From Fibrobacterales bacterium (GTDB lineage Bacteria; Fibrobacterota; Fibrobacteria; Fibrobacterales; JAOPTW01), in assembly GCA_051532035.1 (NCBI GenBank), contig JAOPTW010000063.1, positions 10,174 to 74,173 of the forward strand: 64,000 nucleotides of DNA. Reading direction: 5' to 3'. Positions 49,548 through 60,040 of the stretch are shown here, piece by piece; positions within the stretch are counted from its first letter, which is position 1, and every line of letters begins with the position of its first letter. Below the pieces are notes generated by a model. The model was not told where the DNA came from. It ran no database searches and worked only from the letters and a program-made list of their open reading frames with translations. The translations under genes were made by a program, and so were the position numbers.

Positions 49548-50912
49548 ATGAAATTATTTAAAACAATACTACCTAAGCTTATAGGCGCATCATTAATTTG
49601 CCTCGCAACGAGCGCTACAGCAAATGAGTTGCTGCAAAATAATAGTTTTTACGGAGAAGGTGCGCTGTGGGAGACCCACACAGCGCACGGTGTAATAAAT
49701 TTTGGAAATTTCGACTTAGATAATGTTGCAAAATATGAACCATCGTCATCAGCAACATCTCGTGAAGACCTACAACTTTTTCAAAAGATACATGTAACTG
49801 AAGGTAGAACCTATAATTATAGATTTGGAGTTCGTTCACCTGAGGCAGCATCACGTAATATCGATCTAGTTTTTCAACAGCCCTCATATCCATATACTAT
49901 TCAGTATGAAAAAACATTTCGTGCTACCAATGAGTGGATATACTTTTGCGGGTCATTTGTAGCATCAGCAACAGAAGAAATAAAAGTAAGTTTTATGGGG
50001 GCTACTGATAGTAGAGTGCTGTATATTGATGATATATCCGTTACCGATGATCAAACTGCAAGCTGGACAGCTGGTTGGGATGTTATACGAACATATAAGG
50101 TAGATGGCTTAAATCATCTTTTAACAATGAATAGTACAAATGGATCGATAAAGATATACAAATTGAACGATAATGGAACTATTGGTGCAAATACCTATGA
50201 AGGAGGCTGGGGAGGTGGATGGACCCACTTTGAACCGTATATAATAAATGGGACGACCTATATGCTTATGTATAAAGCCGCAGAAGGTCATGCTGAATTC
50301 CGTAAAATGGAGAGTGATGGTACCGTTGGTGGAAGTAAAATGACTGAGGATAATTGGACGTTGCATTGGTCAAAATTTACTTCGTATCAGGTAGGAGACA
50401 AGCACTATATGTTCATGACAAAGTCAACCACAGGTCAAGCAAAAATATTTGAATTAATTAATTCAGGTCCAAATGAAGGAGCTTTAGGACCGCGGACATA
50501 CTATAGAGGCTGGACAGCAGGATGGGATGATGCTCAAGTAACCTATACCAATAACAACGAAACAGTTATGTGGCTCAGAAAATCAGGAACAGGTCAACAT
50601 GATATCCATGTAATGAACAATACGGGAACATTTGGCCCGCGTATTGATCGTAGATGGTGGACCACGGGGTGGACGACTGCACGGTTTATAAATATCGATA
50701 AAGAACCCTATCTGTTTTTGAACAAAGTTTCAAATAGACATACGTATATTTCAAAATTAAATGACAATGGAGTGCACATGTACGGAATTTACAACCAATA
50801 TTGGAACTTTACCTGGACGGGAATTGATACTTTTGAAACTCTTCAAGGGACATTTGCATTTCTTGTTAATAAATATAACGGTGATGTGGAAATTGAAAAA
50901 TTGATCAGATAA
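49548..50912 (+). CDS. Secreted protein: CBM4/9-like domain + six WxxxW repeats (probable beta-propeller)
   Basis: AAGGA RBS, signal peptide, CBM4-like region (ELLQNNSF...LYIDDISV), six ~48-53 aa repeats. Confidence 0.75.
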   Translation: MKLFKTILPKLIGASLICLATSATANELLQNNSFYGEGALWETHTAHGVINFGNFDLDNVAKYEPSSSATSREDLQLFQKIHVTEGRTYNYRFGVRSPEAASRNIDLVFQQPSYPYTIQYEKTFRATNEWIYFCGSFVASATEEIKVSFMGATDSRVLYIDDISVTDDQTASWTAGWDVIRTYKVDGLNHLLTMNSTNGSIKIYKLNDNGTIGANTYEGGWGGGWTHFEPYIINGTTYMLMYKAAEGHAEFRKMESDGTVGGSKMTEDNWTLHWSKFTSYQVGDKHYMFMTKSTTGQAKIFELINSGPNEGALGPRTYYRGWTAGWDDAQVTYTNNNETVMWLRKSGTGQHDIHVMNNTGTFGPRIDRRWWTTGWTTARFINIDKEPYLFLNKVSNRHTYISKLNDNGVHMYGIYNQYWNFTWTGIDTFETLQGTFAFLVNKYNGDVEIEKLIR

Positions 50913-51088
50913 AAAACACTCTTATTTAAATCCCCCGGGCCTTATAGAATGTTAACGCTTCTTAAGCCCGGGTAACTTCAATGGTTATCAAACAACACCT
51001 GAGCAAGGTCGTAGGACTTCTGAGGATCGCCAAGGAGCCCAATCATCTGATTAGAATGGGTCTCTCCGCTATCCATAATGGCTTCAGA

Positions 51089-51109
51089 TGTCTCATTTGT
51101 TCAGTCTCT
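51089..51109 (+). repeat. Dispersed intergenic motif, part 2
   Basis: tgtctca-tttgttcag-tctct between convergent genes. Confidence 0.55.
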
Positions 51110-51113
51110 ATCC

Positions 51114-54026
51114 TTATCGCAAGGGACTAATACTTATGGGAGTGTAAAACGGTGTTATGAGCGCATCCTGATCCCATCGATAGAATCGTACCCAATCAAA
51201 CTCTGCTACCAGAGGAAACTCAGAATTTTCGGGTCTTTGGTAAAATGATGGGAGCCAATAATTCACGAGGAACGTACTATAATCATCGGGTATCTGTACA
51301 ATATTATTTTCCATATTAAGCTCATCTTCTCTATAGGTTCTCACTACAATATCATCAATAGACCAGCTTACACTATCGGGCAACCACTGAATAGTATAAG
51401 TATGCCACTTTCCGTCATTGGCCGACCAGTCCTGTAATCCACTATAATCATTATTACCACTCCCCGGGTAAATTGTTGCATAAGACATATCAAAATCAAT
51501 ATCGCCATCAGGTATAATTCCGGTATTGTTGACAATACTGGACATAATATGACCAGTATTTGAGTTATCGTTTGTAACAAGATCAAAATAGACTTCCCTC
51601 ATACCATTGCCTACAGGGTATCGAACAGCTCCAAAGGTATTGAATGTTGAATAAGTGACCGGTGGGATTTTCATGCGTACCTTATAAATACCATATCTAA
51701 AATCATTAAAAATAGAACGCAACTCTCCCCCAGAAAACAATTGTTCTGCAATTAATTCGGATCGTATATCAGAATAAGAACTTGGAATGGTTTCATCTCT
51801 CAGGGTTAATTGCATTGTACTATCAGCAAAGCTGATATTGTTTTTGATATAGCGTGAATAACTCCCCGGGATTGCTCCATCCCCCCAAGTCCAAATGGAG
51901 TGCGCCGGTGTTATGGGTGAAGGACCCATAGCAATGGGTGCACTGAATTCTTCATTCAAATACAGGGTAAAGCCCGTAAAGCTTTCAATTTCATCAACTA
52001 AAACTTTTACCGTATCGGCACCTCTATTCCCATCGTCATCTATAGCTATCACCATAATTTGATACGTACCAAATGAGGGGAATACATGGTTTGTTGTACT
52101 ATGGGTTACCGAAGAGTCGTCGTATACACCATCCATATCAAAATCCCATAAATAGCCTTCGATTGTACCCACTTCCTGCGTTACAACAGCCTCAAAATTT
52201 ACGTTAAAATTGAGAGGATTAACCGTGCGTACAGCAATATTCACTATGGGTACATCATTGACTACCTCGACGGTAACGGTATCAAACACCACAACTGAAT
52301 CATCATCAATAGTTCGTATCACAAAAGGATGTGCTGCTGCTTGCACTGGAGCAGCTACATTAAAGGCTGTATTTGGGGTGCAGGCAACAAAGCTGCCAAC
52401 AAAACCTGATTTCCAGGCCATTGAAACAATGGTTCCTAAGGTATCACGAGCTACTGTTTCTATTGTGATAGTGTCATTGATCGTTACGGTATCTTTGCCA
52501 ACCATGACTGAAACATCAGGAACGCCCGATAGGACTTCAACCATGAGCGAATCAAATACAACATTTGAATCATCATCAATCCCTCTCACATATATTCCAT
52601 GCATACCTATTTGAGTTACCGGTGCAATGGTGATTGATGTGTCGGCACCTGCATCTATCCAATCCATTGTATTTGTAGATAAGGCGTAGTTAATAATACT
52701 CCCATTTTCGTCGTTACCATTCCATTCAAAATGGAGTGAATCATGGGTATCAACAATAGATGGAGTAGTGGTAAAGGCAATAATAGGTAGTCCTGCTAAT
52801 ACCATAATCTGAGTTGAATCAAGACTGATGTTACCATCACCATCGGTTACTTTTAGGCGAACGGTAAAATTATTTTGAGGTTGTTTGGGCAACTGAAAGG
52901 ACACAACGGTATCTTCTATAATACTAAAAGGGCTTGTGCCATATTGCACTTCTACCGTATGATCTACGTGGTTAATGGAGCGATCTTCTATATGGAATTC
53001 TAAATGAACCGTATCTTGAATATACCCTGCAGATAGTTGAGACAGAGTAACCTTTGGGAGTGCATTGGTGATATCAATACGGGGAAATGTAATGAGTGCT
53101 TCGTTATCGAGTGGAATAGAATCGATGTAAAACCCGGTAACCTTCTCATCAAGATCATACACGAGAACGGTAACTTCGTGTGGCCCTAAAATGCGGGAAA
53201 TGTCAACGACCTGTTGTGCGGTGAAAAGTCCACTTATAGGATTCAACTGAGTCTTAATATGAAGTGTATCAATAGAGCTCGCACCAAGGAATTGAAGATC
53301 AATGTGTGATACGTTTAATAGGGTTCCAATCACCGCTCCCTCAAACTGAAATTTCTTTTTACCAAAAACAGCATACTGTTCATTGGTTACTCCGGGGTTA
53401 TTAAGTACGGCCTCTTGTAGATTGAGTTCTGGCGGGAGCATTGCTTCTAGAGTAGTGTGGGCGTGAGAATCTCCACGACTTACCAGAGTATCCAGTAGAC
53501 TCGCAATAAGATGTGTGGTATCGGTATCTATTTTAGATCGATATGCTGAATAGTATTGATGTGACAAGTCACTCCCCTGCAGAAGCATATGATCAATAAA
53601 AAGAGAATCGAATAAGACGGTATTAGCCGAATCATTGGCTCCCCTTTTAATATGATAATCGACCATAGTTTGGGTGACCGCATAGTGTTTATTGTCTGAG
53701 ACCACAGCGACATCATAAGAAAAGCCCGTATATTCTATAGCAGGCAATTCATTGTGGAGTGAGCCTGTGGGGATTGGGAGTGTAACCATAGACCGGGAAC
53801 TGTCTAATTCGATAATAGAGAACTCTGAATCGTAGTATCTTGTCGTTATAATTGAATCGCCAGAAACCTGTTCGACAACCACACTATCAATATGCAAGTT
53901 TTTTGGAATTGCTATTTCGAGAGTATAGGTATGTTCTTTATCGTTACCCGACAATGCATCTGTTTCACTACAGCCCCAAAAGACCCATAGTGCAGTGAGT
54001 GATACCGCAATTTTAAATAGATTCAA
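51114..54026 (-). CDS. Lipoprotein with Ig/PKD repeats and a C-terminal GH16-like domain
   Basis: Lipobox FWGC; repeated xDDDG/S Ig motifs, YLWDFDMDG PKD; SGGELRS, YGIYKVRMK, WHTYTIQWLPDSVSWSID and EFDWVRFY (GH16 fold). Confidence 0.8.
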   Translation of the reverse strand: MNLFKIAVSLTALWVFWGCSETDALSGNDKEHTYTLEIAIPKNLHIDSVVVEQVSGDSIITTRYYDSEFSIIELDSSRSMVTLPIPTGSLHNELPAIEYTGFSYDVAVVSDNKHYAVTQTMVDYHIKRGANDSANTVLFDSLFIDHMLLQGSDLSHQYYSAYRSKIDTDTTHLIASLLDTLVSRGDSHAHTTLEAMLPPELNLQEAVLNNPGVTNEQYAVFGKKKFQFEGAVIGTLLNVSHIDLQFLGASSIDTLHIKTQLNPISGLFTAQQVVDISRILGPHEVTVLVYDLDEKVTGFYIDSIPLDNEALITFPRIDITNALPKVTLSQLSAGYIQDTVHLEFHIEDRSINHVDHTVEVQYGTSPFSIIEDTVVSFQLPKQPQNNFTVRLKVTDGDGNISLDSTQIMVLAGLPIIAFTTTPSIVDTHDSLHFEWNGNDENGSIINYALSTNTMDWIDAGADTSITIAPVTQIGMHGIYVRGIDDDSNVVFDSLMVEVLSGVPDVSVMVGKDTVTINDTITIETVARDTLGTIVSMAWKSGFVGSFVACTPNTAFNVAAPVQAAAHPFVIRTIDDDSVVVFDTVTVEVVNDVPIVNIAVRTVNPLNFNVNFEAVVTQEVGTIEGYLWDFDMDGVYDDSSVTHSTTNHVFPSFGTYQIMVIAIDDDGNRGADTVKVLVDEIESFTGFTLYLNEEFSAPIAMGPSPITPAHSIWTWGDGAIPGSYSRYIKNNISFADSTMQLTLRDETIPSSYSDIRSELIAEQLFSGGELRSIFNDFRYGIYKVRMKIPPVTYSTFNTFGAVRYPVGNGMREVYFDLVTNDNSNTGHIMSSIVNNTGIIPDGDIDFDMSYATIYPGSGNNDYSGLQDWSANDGKWHTYTIQWLPDSVSWSIDDIVVRTYREDELNMENNIVQIPDDYSTFLVNYWLPSFYQRPENSEFPLVAEFDWVRFYRWDQDALITPFYTPISISPLR

Positions 54027-54109
54027 AAGATGCCCTCTTTTTTATTTAATTGTTTCAGAAAAATAGATAATAATACGGATCTATATAGAGCTCTCACGCA
54101 CATCTAGGA

Positions 54110-54194
54110 CTATTTGAGTCTAGAATAGTGCACTTGTTTACCGTAGGTAAGCAAAAGAGAGCTATTAACCTGAGACAAGGGGGGGGGTAATTGG
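54110..54194 (-). repeat. Dispersed intergenic element (part 1 plus degenerate part 2)
   Basis: Minus strand ccaatta-C-run-ttgtctcaggt ... agactcaaatag; the 5' part matches the 58328 copy. Confidence 0.6.
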
Positions 54195-54211
54195 ATATCA
54201 TTAATTCAATG

Positions 54212-55036
54212 TTACTCATATTTCAATTTGTTGATATTAGCCAGTACGATAGTCTTTAGAAATACCGGATCACTTATCCGTTCTGGTATCTGTATAACAC
54301 CACCATTATTATACACCAACTCTATAGACTGGATAGCTCTATTTTCATTATGACGTATCCTAAAATCGCAAAACAGGTCCCAGCCATATTCTATTTCTTT
54401 ATGCACATATATCTTTAAACTTTTCTGTGTTGCAGTAATAATGGTATCACGATACTGGATATTTTTAATTGTCACTACAACAGTGAATATAACCGCGGCA
54501 ATAAGAGCATAGGCCCACATGGTACTTTGTGCCTGAAGAGTCCAAATTAAAGATCCCCAGAATACTATTACCCCTATTACATAGAGAAAAAACGGCCTTC
54601 TTGTACTAAAGGTAAAGCGGAATGAATTATTTATTATGTCGAGCCTGTTTTTATAAGAGACACTATCAAGAAAGTCAACATCACCTTCAAATGAATGAAC
54701 ATCAAATGTTTTTGTTGAAGTATAGATCTTGTTTACTATCGTACTTTGTATTTTATGATGATCGATTATTTCTTTTATCGGTATTCTCGTTACTTTTCCA
54801 AACAGATAACATAGGCTTAAGTATGCATCAGTTGTCTCAACATATAGAGGGACTGATTGCTTGACAAAAAAAGCAGTAATGATCGAAATTGAAAAGACTA
54901 CACCTATAATCATACCCAAATTCACTTCAGCTCTCAGTTGATCGTTAGAAATGAAGGGTATTGCATTCAGAAGCATACATGCCCCTACTACTCCCCAATT
55001 TGAGATTACATGCTTTTTATTAATATCTCTTTTCAT
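54212..55036 (-). CDS. Hypothetical membrane protein
   Basis: Two TM-pair plus soluble-domain units. Confidence 0.65.
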   Translation of the reverse strand: MKRDINKKHVISNWGVVGACMLLNAIPFISNDQLRAEVNLGMIIGVVFSISIITAFFVKQSVPLYVETTDAYLSLCYLFGKVTRIPIKEIIDHHKIQSTIVNKIYTSTKTFDVHSFEGDVDFLDSVSYKNRLDIINNSFRFTFSTRRPFFLYVIGVIVFWGSLIWTLQAQSTMWAYALIAAVIFTVVVTIKNIQYRDTIITATQKSLKIYVHKEIEYGWDLFCDFRIRHNENRAIQSIELVYNNGGVIQIPERISDPVFLKTIVLANINKLKYE

Positions 55037-55112
55037 AATTTCTCTATGACCCTCTATAAATGTTAAAGGATCTCTTTATGTGAATACTACAAATATAGTT
55101 AACGAGCCATGT

Positions 55113-55133
55113 TGTCTCAAACAGTCAGTCACT
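55113..55133 (+). repeat. Dispersed intergenic motif, part 2
   Basis: tgtctca-aacagtcag-tcact. Confidence 0.55.
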
Positions 55134-55297
55134 AAAGTTTCATCACATTCTAGAGGTAATTTTAATCACAATTACTGTACTCATTTCATTCGCATAAGTA
55201 AAAATGAGTTAAGGTTCTATCATCCACTGTCATTTATAATTAGAGTGGATCTCTTTTAATATATGTTGTATACAATCACATTATTTGAGAGAGCACT

Positions 55298-58258
55298 ATG
55301 CGACTCGGCTTAATATCACTGCTTATCTGTATAATTTGTGCACAATCTATTTTTGCTTTAAATGGCACCCTTACTGGAACGGGTTTTGAAGATAGTCCCT
55401 ATTTAATTGAAGACTACGAAGATTTAAAAGCCATAGCCCAATATAATAAAAGATATTTTCGATTGGCTCATGACATAGACGCTTCTGCATCTATAAATGA
55501 AAACAATGGTGCCGGTTTTGAACCCATAGGGTCAAAAGAGTCGCCAATAAATGTTTTTTTGAATGGTGCTGGCCATACCATTCACCATTTACATATTTAT
55601 GCCCCTGATAAAGAATATGTAGGCTTATTTGGATATGTATATAGTTCTATAATTGATAGCGTTTCAATTTCAGGGAGTATTACAGGGAATAAGTTTGTCG
55701 GGGCATTTATTGGATATAGTTCCGGATCAACGGTGAGGAATGCAACAAACAAAGCTACAGTTATTGGAGAAGCACATACTGGAGGAATTGTTGGCGAAAA
55801 CAGAGGGATAATTGAACACTCTCTTAATCTTGGATATGTTTCGTGCCCCCGATATACAGGTGGAATTACCGGTAAAAGCGGCCCTGGATCAGGACTAATT
55901 GACATAGCTCGCGTACGATTCTCAGCAAATACCGGTACCGTTGATGGTGATTATGGTGTAGGCGGTATCGCTGGAACATTACCAACCGGCATTATTGAAC
56001 AGTCCTATAACTCAGGAACAATATCTGCTCCACTACTTGGAGCAAATGGCGGGGCGTTTTCAGTTGGTGGAATCGCAGGTCTCACCCAAGCTTACACTTC
56101 TATTATTAATTGTTATAACACCGGGATAATTAAAGGAGACAGAAGTATTGGGGGAATTGTGGGAGATCATAGTGGCACTATAGAGAACTCTTACCATGCC
56201 GGTTATATATTTTCCAAGAGAGATTACTACCGCGAGGGAACGCGCGGCATAACTGGTTGGTCTTCGAGCGGAAAGGTGCTAAACAGCTTCTGGGCAACGA
56301 ACAAGGCTGCTGTAGATCGGTATGAAGAGACTCCGGTGACTATTCATCAGATGCTTCAGCGCACTACTTTTACTGATTGGGATACAACGGTATGGTCTTT
56401 TGACGAGGGGAACCGGCTTCCCGGTCTTGTACATGTGAATAATGCAGTCTTTTCCATTCCAACGAGTCAAACAATAACACCATCCATACCCGATTTCGCC
56501 ATCATTAGCTCAGTAGCTCTAGACGCTGAAGGTACACCAGTTACTCTGCTTAAAAAAGCTGGTTTTTCCTATGTAAATACTACCAAAGACTCAACCTATA
56601 TCCATTATCACCCGGGCACCATAGAGAGCAATGGTGACACCCTCTGGGGCGGTGTATCTCATGTGGCCGTTAAAACCGAAGAGGTTATGGCTATTAACAC
56701 TTTTGATGATCTTTTAAAAATTGGTACTGAATGGACGCACCCTCTTAATGCAAGCTACCGTATAGCTACTGATATAGATGCTGCTGCATCAGCACAACTC
56801 AATAATGGATTGGGCTTCAGCCCTATCGGTGTCCTCAACATGCCCTTTACCGGGACAGTACGTGGAGGTGGATTTACCCTATCCAATCTAACCATCAATC
56901 GACCCACAGAAGATTATGTTGGTTTATTTGGATACATAGATTCTGGAGCAGTCATCGACAGCCTTACTATAAACGGCACCATAACCGGAAATGACATGGT
57001 TGGTGGACTTGCCGGTCACTCGTATGGAAGTGACATTTCAAACATTTCATTCTCAGGAAGTGTAACCGGTGAAATGACAACGGGCGGGATAATCGCTTTC
57101 GTGAATTATAGCAAGGTAAGGCAGGTAACGAATGCTGCAACTATCACCAGTTCCAATAGAACTGGAGGCATAATAGGCGCATGTCGGTATAGCTTAGTTG
57201 AAAATGTGCAAAATAGTGGCCTCATTACCGGAAAAATTACATCCGGTGGAATTATCGCATCTATAGATGATTGCGCACTCATGAATGCAATAAATACCGC
57301 AGATGTTAGTGGTGACTTTAATACGGGAGGAATTACCGGTGCAGTCGGAGTAGAAGGCACCGTTTTTGATACTCCAATACATCTTACTCAATCGTATAAT
57401 ACCGGAAATATTTCTGGGGTTCGTGAAATCGGTGGTATCGCAGGGCTCATTCAAGGAGGCGTACTCTCCGAAACATTTAACACCGGCAGAGTAGATGCTG
57501 AACAACATTCGGCTGGTGGAATATCAGGAAATAATCAGGGTGTGATTAAAAACTCATTCAATATCGGAAGTGTTGTATCTCCTGAAAAAATAGGTGGAAT
57601 TTCTGGTACATCAATTGGATCTATAACGCATTGTTATAACGCGGGTCAGATAACCGGTGATACGTTAGTGGGACCAGTAGTGGGAGGCATAATAGATGAA
57701 GAACCTTTATCAAGTTACTGGGACGAAACCAATGCAGCGGTTTACTTCTCTCTATTTGGCACTCCACTCTCAACCGCCTTAATGTATCAACAAGAATCAT
57801 ACACAGATTGGGATTTTGATAGTGTATGGACAATACAAGAAGACATCTCCTACCCCACTCTACAATTTTCTGGAGAGAGTGCTCTTTATATTCCTCCAAA
57901 TGATACTTCCGAAAACAACACAACAGAAACCGATCCCTTTCTCCCTAATGATACCACTATTATTGACACCAATTCACTGGTCGTGAATGACATATCTGAT
58001 AGTGCAGAACCGGATTCAACTAATAAACGGGCACCACTCTATACAAACAGCATCCCATCACCAAATGGTGTTACAATAAATATTGTTCATTCCAATGCGC
58101 TTCACCTTCTTAAGGCTCCCGAAGGCACTTCGACAATAGCATTGTATACTATACATGGAAGACTACTCTTTGAAGGTGCTACTTTAGACCAAACAGCAAT
58201 GGTATCACTTAAGTTATCTTCGCATCAGATGCTTATAATTAAGATTTATAAAGAGTAA
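55298..58258 (+). CDS. Secreted GLUG-repeat beta-helix protein with two tandem modules and a C-terminal sorting-like domain
   Basis: GTGFEDSPYLI, GFEPIG, YVGLFG (twice), many GGIxG repeats and IALYTIHGRLL C-terminus. Confidence 0.85.
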   Translation: MRLGLISLLICIICAQSIFALNGTLTGTGFEDSPYLIEDYEDLKAIAQYNKRYFRLAHDIDASASINENNGAGFEPIGSKESPINVFLNGAGHTIHHLHIYAPDKEYVGLFGYVYSSIIDSVSISGSITGNKFVGAFIGYSSGSTVRNATNKATVIGEAHTGGIVGENRGIIEHSLNLGYVSCPRYTGGITGKSGPGSGLIDIARVRFSANTGTVDGDYGVGGIAGTLPTGIIEQSYNSGTISAPLLGANGGAFSVGGIAGLTQAYTSIINCYNTGIIKGDRSIGGIVGDHSGTIENSYHAGYIFSKRDYYREGTRGITGWSSSGKVLNSFWATNKAAVDRYEETPVTIHQMLQRTTFTDWDTTVWSFDEGNRLPGLVHVNNAVFSIPTSQTITPSIPDFAIISSVALDAEGTPVTLLKKAGFSYVNTTKDSTYIHYHPGTIESNGDTLWGGVSHVAVKTEEVMAINTFDDLLKIGTEWTHPLNASYRIATDIDAAASAQLNNGLGFSPIGVLNMPFTGTVRGGGFTLSNLTINRPTEDYVGLFGYIDSGAVIDSLTINGTITGNDMVGGLAGHSYGSDISNISFSGSVTGEMTTGGIIAFVNYSKVRQVTNAATITSSNRTGGIIGACRYSLVENVQNSGLITGKITSGGIIASIDDCALMNAINTADVSGDFNTGGITGAVGVEGTVFDTPIHLTQSYNTGNISGVREIGGIAGLIQGGVLSETFNTGRVDAEQHSAGGISGNNQGVIKNSFNIGSVVSPEKIGGISGTSIGSITHCYNAGQITGDTLVGPVVGGIIDEEPLSSYWDETNAAVYFSLFGTPLSTALMYQQESYTDWDFDSVWTIQEDISYPTLQFSGESALYIPPNDTSENNTTETDPFLPNDTTIIDTNSLVVNDISDSAEPDSTNKRAPLYTNSIPSPNGVTINIVHSNALHLLKAPEGTSTIALYTIHGRLLFEGATLDQTAMVSLKLSSHQMLIIKIYKE

Positions 58259-58327
58259 GGAGATTCCATTTATCTTAAATAAACTCCTTTTAGCGGTAAA
58301 GGCATCATATAACGGGGACACTTCATG

Positions 58328-58426
58328 CCAATTGAATACCCCCCTCCCTTGCCTCAGGTCAAAATGCACTGCTAGTATAAACTATAATACTTCTTTCAGC
58401 TATCTCATATGTTCAGCCACTATACT
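58328..58426 (+). repeat. Dispersed intergenic element, full two-part copy
   Basis: ccttgcctcaggtc...actgcta...aaactataatact...tatctcatatgttcagccactatact; colinear with 63192-63283. Confidence 0.7.
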
Positions 58427-58501
58427 TTACTTGATAAACCAATTAACTACATTTTATGGAATACATCGTCCCTATTGTCGACAAAAGTCAAAATATTATC
58501 A

Positions 58502-59812
58502 ATGAAAATTATTACTACTATTCTCTCAGCTTTTATAGTCATCAACTGCTCTTCCATAACTGATCACACGAGTCAAAAAGAACAATTAGATGACCCTTCT
58601 ATTACCGTCCTATCAAACTTTGAAGGTTCATGGGATTATTTCACGTCACAGAAAACAAAAGATAGTATTCCTGAAATGTATTTTGATCATGATGATAGAT
58701 ACGGAAAATATGAAGAAACAAGATATATCTTCAGTGGAAATAAAATCGAAATATTTAAACCTCGAGGAGATCACATAAAGGAAGGTAAAGATTATCTTGA
58801 TAAACCCTTCCTAGTATATAATTGGGAACTAGAAGGCAATATACTCACAATGGAGATGGATGAAGACTACGAAGATGTTGATCACAATTACCAGTTCCAA
58901 AGTTCTTATGAGTATTATGTTGATTTTAAATATGATGCCCTCATTCTAACAGTAACAACACCCAATACATTTGATTATACCACTCCCCGATGGACACACC
59001 GTTATTTTAAAAGAGTTGACTATATAAACCCTAAGACATATGTGTATCCCTATTCAAATGAAGTTGAGTGTAGTGAAAACTCTGATTACACCCCTACAAA
59101 AAATGATGCCGAAACATTTGGCATTCCCTTTGAAGAATATATTGCATTAGTATCATTCTATAATTGTACAGATGGTAACAAATGGATGAATAAAAAATAC
59201 ACCAATTGGCTCAACCCTGATTCTTCTAAATGGGATGGTGTTACCATAACTGGCGGCAATGTTACTCATATAGCATTTAACAATAAAGAAATGAATGGGT
59301 ATATTCCAAACAACATAGGCAACCTCAGAGAATTGAGGAAACTAAAATTATTATATACACAGGTAAAAGGAGAGATTCCTCTTGGGTTAACGATTTTACC
59401 CAATATTGATACAATAACGTTAAGTCAAAACAAATTGACCGGCGGCATCCCTGAAGCACTCGGTAACCTGTCGACACTGAAATATATAAGTTTATATGAA
59501 AATTTTAATCTCGGCAGTTCTATACCAAAATCATTAGAAAAGTTAACTAACATCTCTCATTTGGGTATCTCATATTGTGGTCTGACTGGAGAAGTACCCG
59601 ATATATTTCATGACATGGATGATCTCAGTACACTATTATTCGATGGAAACAATCTCACCGGTGAGCTTCCAGAGTCAATTCTTAAACATAAAAATGCATC
59701 CATTTCTATGTTTAATGAGGGTATCTGTAAAGAAAAGCAATCTGATGAAATGATAGAGTTCTTTGAAAAACATCATGACGATGAATTTTATTCTTGTGAT
59801 CTAAATGAATAA
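58502..59812 (+). CDS. Lipoprotein with plant-type leucine-rich repeats
   Basis: MKIITT start, lipobox VINC, ALVSFYNCTDG..W cap, LxLxxNxLTGxIP repeats. Confidence 0.85.
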   Translation: MKIITTILSAFIVINCSSITDHTSQKEQLDDPSITVLSNFEGSWDYFTSQKTKDSIPEMYFDHDDRYGKYEETRYIFSGNKIEIFKPRGDHIKEGKDYLDKPFLVYNWELEGNILTMEMDEDYEDVDHNYQFQSSYEYYVDFKYDALILTVTTPNTFDYTTPRWTHRYFKRVDYINPKTYVYPYSNEVECSENSDYTPTKNDAETFGIPFEEYIALVSFYNCTDGNKWMNKKYTNWLNPDSSKWDGVTITGGNVTHIAFNNKEMNGYIPNNIGNLRELRKLKLLYTQVKGEIPLGLTILPNIDTITLSQNKLTGGIPEALGNLSTLKYISLYENFNLGSSIPKSLEKLTNISHLGISYCGLTGEVPDIFHDMDDLSTLLFDGNNLTGELPESILKHKNASISMFNEGICKEKQSDEMIEFFEKHHDDEFYSCDLNE

Positions 59813-59937
59813 ACTGATCTTTCCGTATTAAACTTGGACAAGTTACGCAACCATTTTATAGTTAAAAAATTCTTCTGGTGTTTCCATCTCCAAAGCTAAA
59901 TGATGTTTGAGTATCTCATATGGCTTTTAGACTAAGT

Positions 59938-59990
59938 CCATTCTGATTAATACATGCCGCATTAGGAACGGCATGTATTAATCAGAATGG
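59938..59990. repeat. Perfect 22 bp inverted repeat between convergent genes
   Basis: ccattctgattaatacatgccg-cattaggaa-cggcatgtattaatcagaatgg. Confidence 0.9.
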
Positions 59991-60040
59991 TCATTTAAAA
60001 ACTGAGGTTACTCGTTTCGAGCATTCAGGTATAAAAGGTG

